DNA from: an uncultured bacterium
Lineage (GTDB): Bacteria > Verrucomicrobiota > Verrucomicrobiia > Limisphaerales > UBA8199
Length of the DNA stretch: 64,000 nt
Assembly (NCBI GenBank): GCA_963749495.1
Contig: CAVVMW010000014.1
Coordinates: 160,001-224,000, forward strand
Direction of reading: 5' to 3'
Below, piece after piece: positions 56,659 to 64,000 of the stretch (position 1 is the stretch's first letter; every line of letters starts with the position of its first letter). The translations under genes were made by a program, and so were the position numbers. The notes beneath the pieces were generated by a model. It did no database searches. It had not been told where the DNA came from and was given only the letters and a program-made list of their open reading frames with translations.

Positions 56659-59019
56659 GTGAACGCGCCTAAGCCCAAGCCCAGTTTCACCAGCTTGCGG
56701 GTGCGGTTGGTTGGGACGGTGTTCCTGGCCATCGCCCCGGCATGGGTGGCCATTCATCTCATTGCGGAACACACCGGGACGGAGCCGCCGTGGGCCCCGT
56801 TTGTCGTGGGATTGCTGGCCTTGGCGGCGGCGTGGCTGGGGGGAGAACACTTCATTCTGCGGCAGGTGCGCACGTTGTTGGTGGCGGCCAAACGGTTGGC
56901 GGCCGGGGACCTGAGCAGCCGGGCAGGTCTGGAGCACGAGGTGGGCGAGTTGGGGGAGATGGCCAGGACCTTCGATGGGATGGCGCAGACCCTCCAGGAA
57001 AAGGTCAAGGAGCGTGATCGGAGCGAGAAGACGCTGCTCAACCGCTCGTTTCAGCAGGCGGTGGTCAGCGCCCTGGGCCAATTCGCCCTGGTGAGCAACG
57101 ACTTTTCGGCGCTGCTGACCCAGGCAGTGCTGCTGGTGACGCAAACGCTGGAGGTGGAGTATGGGTGCGTCCTGGAGTTGCTCGCGGATGGCCGGAACCT
57201 GCTGCTGCGGACCGGGGTGGGGTGGGAACACGGGGCAGTGGGCAAATTGACAATGTCGGCGGACCGGGCAACGCAGGCGGGGTTCACGCTAGCGGTGGGC
57301 GAACCGGTGGTGGTCGAGCACCAGCCTGACGAAAAGCGGTTTGGGACGACGCCCTTTTTCGAGTATCACGGCGTCGTCAGCGGGATAACCGTAGCCATCT
57401 CCGGTCATGACCGGGCCTACGGCGTCCTGGGTGTACACACCACCAACCGGCGGACCTTTACGGAGGACGAGGTCCATTTCCTGCTGGCCATCGCCACGGT
57501 GGTGGCGATGGCGGTTGCGCGCAGCCAGACGCAGGTCCAACTCCAGAAACTGGCCGCCTTCGTCCAACTCCACCCCAACCCGGCCATGGAATTGGACGCC
57601 CTGGGCCGAATCACTTACTCGAACGAGGCGGCCCGCAAGCTGGCCGTCTCGGTCGGGCGCAGCGACCCCGCCGGCCTGCTCCCGGAGGACATCCGGGAAT
57701 TGGTGCGGGACTGCCTGGCCACAGGCCCCAGCCTGGTGCGGCACGAGACCCGGACTGGGGGCCGGGCGCTGACCTGGTCATTTCACCCGGTCCTCCAGAG
57801 CCAGGCGGTGCATTGCTATGTCGAGGACATCACGACGCGGCTGAGCCTGGAGGCCCAGTTGCGGCAGTCGCAGAAGATGGAATCGGTAGGCCAACTGGCC
57901 GCCGGCGTGGCCCACGATTTCAACAACATGCTCACCGTCATCCAGGGCCATGCGGGCATGCTCCTCTCCAAGACCTCTCTGCCTTGTGCTCTGCTGGATT
58001 CTGCCCAAGCCATCTTCTACGCCGCCGAACGCGCGGCCGGCCTGACCCGCCAACTCCTGGTCTTCAGCCGCAAGAACGTCATGCAGGTCGAGTTGCTCGA
58101 CTTGCGCGAAGTGGTCGGCAACCTGAGCAGGATGCTCGAGCGCCTCCTGGGCGAGACGATCACCCTCCATTTCCGGCCCCCGGACCAGGTCCCGCTGATC
58201 CGGGCGGACAACTGCATGATCGAGCAGGTGGTCATGAACCTGGCCGTCAACGCCCGCGATGCCATGCCCAAGGGGGGCACCCTGAGCATCCGCCTGGAGG
58301 CGGTCGAGGTGGACACAACTTATGTCCAGGCCCATCCCGAGGCGCAGGCAGGCCCCGCGGTGTGCCTGCGGATGACCGACACCGGCTGCGGCATGGATGC
58401 CGCCACCCTGGCGCGCATCTTCGAGCCGTTCTTCACGACCAAGGAGGTCGGCAAGGGCACCGGCCTGGGCCTGGCAACCGTTTATGGGATTGTCAAACGT
58501 CATGGCGGCTGGATCGAGGTGGCCAGCGAAGTCGGCTGGGGAACCACCTTCGCCATCTTTTTGCCTGCCAGCACCGGCCCGGTCGAGGCCCAGGCTCCTG
58601 CCAAAGCGCCCGCCTCGGAGGTCACAACCGGCACCGAGACCATCCTGGTAGTGGAGGACGAACCGGTCCTGCGCGACATGGCCCACGTGATCCTCGAAGA
58701 CTGCGGTTACAAAATCCTCGAGGCCCCCTCCGGCCGCAAGGCCATCGATGTCTGGAACCAGCACTCCGGCGCCATCGACCTGCTCCTGACCGACATGGTC
58801 ATGCCCGAGGGCATCTCCGGCATGGACCTCGCCCAGCGCCTCCAGGCCAACAATCCCAAACTCAAGATCGTCTTCGCCAGCGGCTATAGCATGGACGACC
58901 TCGACACCACCTTCCTGCGCCAGGGCAACGCCGCCTTCCTCCAAAAACCCTACACTCACGCCACTCTCGCCAAAGCCGTCCGCGATTGCTTGGATAAAGG
59001 CGCGTACCAAAAAGGCTAA
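56659..59019 (+). CDS. Hybrid sensor histidine kinase (TM-HAMP-GAF-PAS-HisKA-HATPase-REC)
   Basis: [35 protein letters not shown]...[14 protein letters not shown]. Confidence 0.95.
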   Translation: MNAPKPKPSFTSLRVRLVGTVFLAIAPAWVAIHLIAEHTGTEPPWAPFVVGLLALAAAWLGGEHFILRQVRTLLVAAKRLAAGDLSSRAGLEHEVGELGEMARTFDGMAQTLQEKVKERDRSEKTLLNRSFQQAVVSALGQFALVSNDFSALLTQAVLLVTQTLEVEYGCVLELLADGRNLLLRTGVGWEHGAVGKLTMSADRATQAGFTLAVGEPVVVEHQPDEKRFGTTPFFEYHGVVSGITVAISGHDRAYGVLGVHTTNRRTFTEDEVHFLLAIATVVAMAVARSQTQVQLQKLAAFVQLHPNPAMELDALGRITYSNEAARKLAVSVGRSDPAGLLPEDIRELVRDCLATGPSLVRHETRTGGRALTWSFHPVLQSQAVHCYVEDITTRLSLEAQLRQSQKMESVGQLAAGVAHDFNNMLTVIQGHAGMLLSKTSLPCALLDSAQAIFYAAERAAGLTRQLLVFSRKNVMQVELLDLREVVGNLSRMLERLLGETITLHFRPPDQVPLIRADNCMIEQVVMNLAVNARDAMPKGGTLSIRLEAVEVDTTYVQAHPEAQAGPAVCLRMTDTGCGMDAATLARIFEPFFTTKEVGKGTGLGLATVYGIVKRHGGWIEVASEVGWGTTFAIFLPASTGPVEAQAPAKAPASEVTTGTETILVVEDEPVLRDMAHVILEDCGYKILEAPSGRKAIDVWNQHSGAIDLLLTDMVMPEGISGMDLAQRLQANNPKLKIVFASGYSMDDLDTTFLRQGNAAFLQKPYTHATLAKAVRDCLDKGAYQKG

Positions 59020-59127
59020 AGGCTAAAGGCTAAAGGCTAAAGTGAAGAGACCTGAGGCCGCGCCAAAACCCCCTTACCTTCGGCGGTTGAGCCTTTTGGA
59101 CTTTAGCCTTTAGCCTTTAGCCTTTTT
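59012..59127. repeat. Inverted heptamer arrays (AAAGGCT)n/(CTTTAGC)n between convergent genes; possible bidirectional terminator
   Basis: aaaggctaaaggctaaaggctaaag pairs with ctttagcctttagcctttagccttttt. Confidence 0.8.
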
Positions 59128-59129
59128 CT

Positions 59130-60257
59130 TCACGCGCTTCCCGCCAGCATCGCCTCCACCTGCATGGTCTTGGGACCGTCCTCGGCGCAGAGCGCATAGC
59201 GGACAGGCTGTTTGCCCGACAATTCATAGAGCGAAACGGCGGCGTGCTCGCCCTTGGTGTTCAAGACGTAATAGATGAGATTGAAATTGGGTTTGCCGGG
59301 CGAATTGAGCAGCCGTTTCTGGACGGTGTTGGCCACCACCCGTTCGAGCGCGGCCATGGCCGCATCCTTTGGCGAGCGGCCGCGGCGCATCGCCTCGACG
59401 ATGAGAAACGAGGCCAGCGAGAAGAGGTTGGCCTCGCCGCGCCCGGTTGAGCCGGCCGCTCCAACGTCCCCATCCACGTAGAGCCCGGCCCCGAGGATCG
59501 GCGAGTCGCCGACACGTCCGGGAATCTTCCATGCCAGCCCGCTGGTCGTGGTCACACCTGCAACCTCGCCTTTGGCATTCACGCCGTTGCAGTTGATCGT
59601 CCCGTAGAAATGGTCGGGGTCAACCAGCCCCTCGGCCACCATCTCGAGCCCGGCGCGGCGTCGGGCCTCCGCCCGCTCCTTGGGCGTCGGATAATGCTCC
59701 GGGTCGGTCCGCCGCTTCCACTCCAGCCAGAGCCGCCGCGCTTTCTCCGTGATCAAGTCCGCCTCGATCTTGAAACCCATGTTCCGGGCAAATCGTTGGG
59801 CGTCTTTTCCCACCAGCAGGTGGTGGTCGGTCTCTTCCATCACCTTCCTGGCCACCAACGAGGGCGTCCGCACCCCCTCCAGACACGCCACCGCCCCCGC
59901 CCGCTTCGACGGCCCGTCCATCACCGAGGCATCGAGTTGCACGACCCCCTCCGCGTTGGGCAGGCCGCCGTAGCCGACGCTGGTGTCCTCCGGGTCCAAC
60001 TCGACGATGTTCACGCCGGCGATGACCGCATCCAGCACGTCCGCCCCCGAAGTGATCATCTTGCATGCCTTGGCCACGCACGTCAGACCCTCGGCGTCTT
60101 TGGAGATGTTCCCGTTGGCGGCGGAGACCACCAGCGGCCTGACGCTGCGCCTGACCAGCACCTGGGGCGCCTGGGCCAGGCTCAAAAACGACGGGCCCGC
60201 CAGGACCCCTATCCCGGCTGCCGCTACAAAACCGCGACGGTTTAGCTGTTTGCGCAT
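59130..60257 (-). CDS. Tat-exported N(4)-(beta-N-acetylglucosaminyl)-L-asparaginase / type 2 asparaginase (Ntn hydrolase)
   Basis: NRRGF Tat motif; SVGYGGLPN, LDASVMDG, GTI, TTTSGL...GRVGDSP, TGRGE. Confidence 0.9.
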   Translation of the reverse strand: MRKQLNRRGFVAAAGIGVLAGPSFLSLAQAPQVLVRRSVRPLVVSAANGNISKDAEGLTCVAKACKMITSGADVLDAVIAGVNIVELDPEDTSVGYGGLPNAEGVVQLDASVMDGPSKRAGAVACLEGVRTPSLVARKVMEETDHHLLVGKDAQRFARNMGFKIEADLITEKARRLWLEWKRRTDPEHYPTPKERAEARRRAGLEMVAEGLVDPDHFYGTINCNGVNAKGEVAGVTTTSGLAWKIPGRVGDSPILGAGLYVDGDVGAAGSTGRGEANLFSLASFLIVEAMRRGRSPKDAAMAALERVVANTVQKRLLNSPGKPNFNLIYYVLNTKGEHAAVSLYELSGKQPVRYALCAEDGPKTMQVEAMLAGSA

Positions 60258-60441
60258 ACTCGTTCGTCTCTGCCGGGCTGCGACCGCAGCCGGCCTTGTG
60301 AGTTCGTGTTCGGGCTTACATTGGACTCGAGTGCCCCGGAAGGCAAGGGGCTTCAAAGAGCCTCGGCTGCATCGCCGCTGTTGACGGCTGCTCGGGGTTT
60401 TGCAAGTCTGGCCTGGTCTCCGAGCAACGAAAGGCAACGCT

Positions 60442-61278
60442 GTGGAAATCAAGAAAGCCATCATAACGGCCGCTGGCAGGGCCCAGCGGACATTGCCATT
60501 GCAGGCGCTGGTGGATCGCGACGGGCAGACCAAGGCGGCGTTGCGCATCCTGATCGAGGAGGTCCTTTGTGCCGACATCGAGGAGATCTGCGTGGTGGTG
60601 TGTCCCGGGGACCAAGGAGCGTATCGGGCGGCGGCGGGCGAGTTGGGCAAGCGGTTGCGGTTTGTGGAGCAAGGCGGCGCCTTGGGCTATGGCCATGCGG
60701 TTTCGTGCGCCGGCGAGTTTGCCGCGGGCCAGCCGTTCCTGCTGCTGGTGGGCGACCATCTCTACGTCAGCGGGGGCGAGAAACGCTCGGCCCAGCAGTT
60801 AGTCGCGATAGCCGCCGCGGAAAACTGCGCGGTCTCCGCCGTCCAGGCCACTCACGAGAGCAAGCTGCCGTATTACGGCGCGGTCGGCGGGCGCCTGGTG
60901 CCGGGCCGCAAGGGCCTTTACGAGGTCTCCGACGTGCTGGAAAAGCCCACGCCGACCGAGGCCGAGCAGCGCCTGATTGTGCCCGGCCTGCGCGCGGGCC
61001 ATTACCTCTGTTTCTTCGGGATGCACGTGCTCACGCCGGCAGTCATGGAGTTACTCCAGGAAGACACGCGGCGGACGGGCGCCGGCAACGTCTCGCTCAC
61101 CCCGGCCCTTTCCGAACTGGCGCGGCGCGAGCGCTACCTGGCCTGTGAATTACAGGGCCGCCGCTATGACATCGATGTGAAGTACGGCTTGCTCACGGCC
61201 CAGTTGGCCCTGGCCCTGGACGGACAGGACCGGGACGAGGTCCTGGCCGGGCTGGTGGAACTGCTGGCCAGGCGCTGA
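60442..61278 (+). CDS. GalU-like sugar-phosphate nucleotidyltransferase family protein
   Basis: [29 protein letters not shown] start. Confidence 0.8.
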   Translation: MEIKKAIITAAGRAQRTLPLQALVDRDGQTKAALRILIEEVLCADIEEICVVVCPGDQGAYRAAAGELGKRLRFVEQGGALGYGHAVSCAGEFAAGQPFLLLVGDHLYVSGGEKRSAQQLVAIAAAENCAVSAVQATHESKLPYYGAVGGRLVPGRKGLYEVSDVLEKPTPTEAEQRLIVPGLRAGHYLCFFGMHVLTPAVMELLQEDTRRTGAGNVSLTPALSELARRERYLACELQGRRYDIDVKYGLLTAQLALALDGQDRDEVLAGLVELLARR

Positions 61279-61290
61279 GGCCCTTGGCTT

Positions 61291-61638
61291 ATGAACCCTT
61301 ACGTCACACTCCCCCACAACAAGAAGCTCAACCTGCTTCGCAGCCATTGCCCTACCTGCGATTGGCCCGACCTGGACCAGGAACAATGGTGCCTGCACTG
61401 CGGCCGCAAATTCTCCGGCCACGCCGCCCGCGTCTGGCGCAGCGAGGATGGCCGGCTCTGGCTGGAGTGCGGCACCCCCAATTGCGACGGCTCACCCATC
61501 GATTGGGCGCCCTATCCCTGGTGGGACCCAAAACACCCCGCCACAAAAGAGTTCCTCAAGGCCGCCAAAAAATCCTGGCGCCGGCGACGGGGCAAGAGGG
61601 ATGCCGCAGCCCACGATGACGACGATGTGCCCTTTTAG
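61291..61638 (+). CDS. Small Cys-rich hypothetical protein
   Basis: WCLHCGRKF...LECGTPNCDGSPIDW. Confidence 0.65.
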   Translation: MNPYVTLPHNKKLNLLRSHCPTCDWPDLDQEQWCLHCGRKFSGHAARVWRSEDGRLWLECGTPNCDGSPIDWAPYPWWDPKHPATKEFLKAAKKSWRRRRGKRDAAAHDDDDVPF

Positions 61639-61716
61639 CCAGAACCGCGTCAGCGGCCCCGGCAGCCGGCCCGTCGTGTCCGACACGTCCGACACGTCCG
61701 ACTGACCGAAGGTGCC

Positions 61717-64000
61717 ATGCCTGACCTCATCTCCATCATCACCTCCACCGACCCGGCGCTGCGCGACCTGGCGCTGGATGCCGTCTGCGCCGGGCTGTCG
61801 CTCGACGAGTTGCTCGGCCAATGCGCCGCCCTCGAGGCCTTCCGCCGCCAACGGGAGAACCTTTACGAGCGGGTCCGGGCGCTGCTCTTTCTTTACGCCA
61901 TCCACCGGTTCCATCTCCCGGACCGGCTGACGGGGCCTTGCCGGCCGGAGGGCCGCGCGTCGCGCTCCCGCATTCCGTTTGCCGGTTACGAACATCTGCT
62001 CCAGCGGCGCTTTGAAGAGGCGATTGACCGGTTTCTGGCCGTGCAACAGGCGGAGGGCCCGAGCGACGCGGTCTCCAGCGCACTGGCAGCCGCGTATCAT
62101 CGGCTGGCCTTCCAGACCCTGGCCGACCAGGTGCGGCGCAGCGTGCGCTCGGTGCGCGGCAACCAGTGGATGTTCCGCATGGGGCACCCGGCCGATCAGC
62201 CCCTGCGCCTGAGGCCGGAGTTGCTCCAGCGGGACGCGGGCAACGGCACCTACCCGAGCCTGCGCGAGCGCACGCCGGTGCGGATGGACCTGACGCACTG
62301 CGGGTGGAGCGACATCTTTTTCCTGGGCATGGATTTCCCCGAGGGCGCCAAGGTGCTCAACGTCTCGATCGACCTTGGGGTACACGGGCGCGATGCGGCG
62401 CCGCGCCCGCCCGTGGAGGCCTGCCTGCGCGTGATCGAGGAGCCGTTGTTGCGCCTGGTGAGCGTGGACCTGGAGGCCTGCGCCGACATCTCGAACCTGG
62501 CGGAGGTGTTCGACTTTGCCAAGGACTACCTCGGGCTGCTCAAGGCGGCGGTCATCGCCTCGGGCATCGTGCCGCCCGGCATCGAAGGCTCGGGCCAGAG
62601 CCTGGCCGAATTGCTGGCGCGCATCGCCGGGCCGGGGCGCGGCCTCGAACTGGTCAGCAGCGTGAACAACATCCCCAAGGGGTCGCGCCTGGCCGTCTCG
62701 ACGACGCTGCTGGCGGCGCTGGTGAGCGTGTGCATGCGGGCGACCGGCCAGGCCGCCTCGCTCACCGGGCCGCTCCAGGAGCACGAGCGCCGCCTGGTCC
62801 TGGCCCGCGCGCTCCTGGGCGAGTGGCTGGGTGGCTCGGGCGGCGGTTGGCAGGACTCCGGCGGGGTCTGGCCGGGCATGAAGCTCATCGAAGGCGTCCT
62901 GGCCTGCCCGGGCGACCCCGACTTGGGCATCAGCCGCGGCCGCTTGATGCCGCAACACCGCATCCTGGGCCAGGACGAGGCCTCCGCAGAGACCCGCCAC
63001 CGGCTCCAGCAGAGCCTGGTCCTGGTCCATGGCGGCATGGCCCAGAACGTGGGGCCCGATCCTCGAGATGGTGACCGAGAAGTACCTGCTCCGTTCGCAG
63101 GCTGAATGGCGCGCGCGCCAAGGCATGCTGGGCATCCTCGATGAAATCCTGGCCGCCCTGCGCCGGGGCGACGTGCAGGCCATCGGCGCGGCCACCACGC
63201 GCAACTTCAGGCAGCCCATTCAGACCATCATCCCCTGGGCGACAAACTATTTCACAGAAACCCTCATCGAACGCGTCCGGGCCGAATTCGGCGCCGCATT
63301 CTGGGGTTTCTGGATGCTGGGCGGGATGTCCGGCGGCGGGATGGGCTTCATCTTCGCCCCCGAGAGCAAGGCCCAGGCCCAGGAACGCCTCCAGGAAATG
63401 ATGTCCGCCGCCAAACGGGAACTGCAGAGCGCCTTGCCCTTTGCCATGGAGCCCGTCGTGTACGATTTCGCCATCAACGAACGCGGCACGTTCGCCGAGT
63501 TGCTGGCGGGGCAGGCGGCGCTGATGCCCCCGGGCTATTACACGCTCATAGTTCCGGGCCTCTTGCGCCAGGAACGACACGCGCTCTCCCCGTTGCGCCG
63601 GGCTGAGTTGGACAAATTCGGCGCCGCTTGCCGCACCCGGCCCGAGCTGCGCGGTGTCGTCCAGACGTTCTTCGATGTCATGCTGCCTCGGGGCAAAGCC
63701 GAATTGGCCGGCGGCGCGTCCCTGGCTGCGTTGCTCGAGGCCCACGGCTTCGATCGCCTCCAGCACGAACAGATCCGGTCCGACTTGAAAGAGGGCCGGA
63801 TCGGCCTGGCCCAAAACCGGCTGCCCGCAAGCGATGTCATCGAGGACGTCCCGCCTGAGGACGTGGTGGATGTCTCGGACTGGGTGCAGTGCGGCGTGGC
63901 GCACTCCCTCTCCCCATCGGATGCAGAGAGGACGCGGAGACCCGGAGACGCGGAGACCCGGAGACAGAGTCCGGTCTCCCCCTCCCCATCCGATGGGGAG
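61717..64000 (+). CDS. Large GHMP-kinase-like protein, probably continuing into a UDPGP-like domain; apparent frameshift ~63057, runs off window
   Basis: PVRMDLTH, IPKGSRLAVST and GGGWQD GHMP motifs; the shifted frame continues NVGPILEMVTEKYLLR...GGMSGGGM with no stop. Confidence 0.75.
63905..64000. repeat. REP-like (CCCTCTCCCCATCGGATG) plus (GGAGACCC/GC) octamer repeats inside the reading frame
   Basis: Seen directly; a related motif lies at 33628-33670. Confidence 0.6.

Overview
GC-rich bacterial chromosome segment, most consistent with Verrucomicrobiota (Pedosphaerales-like). That placement is inferred from the DUF1559-type prepilin, the ...FYRV C-terminal domains and the style of the HU and RNase HIII proteins. 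Core genes are hisS, HU, pyrK/pyrD, the tRNA-Thr-tuf-tRNA-Trp-tRNA-Ser-secE-nusG-rplK-rplA-rplJ-rplL-rpoB-rpoC operon and rnhC. They are interspersed with secreted hydrolases, signalling genes, dense palindromic REP-like and heptamer repeats, and several mobile elements: an IS21 with two accessory ORFs, a deleted IS91-like element, a RAYT remnant, an IS50-like IS4/DUF4338 element and a large-serine-recombinase (LSR) element. The most striking observation is the 2.9-kb LSR element (33780-36717). It is integrated at the central CC of a REP palindrome, and its startless Y4bD/Y4pK-like ORF gains an in-frame ATG (overlapping the recombinase stop codon) only when the element excises and circularises. 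Single-base indels in essential rpoB suggest the assembly contains indel errors, so frameshifts elsewhere should be read cautiously.
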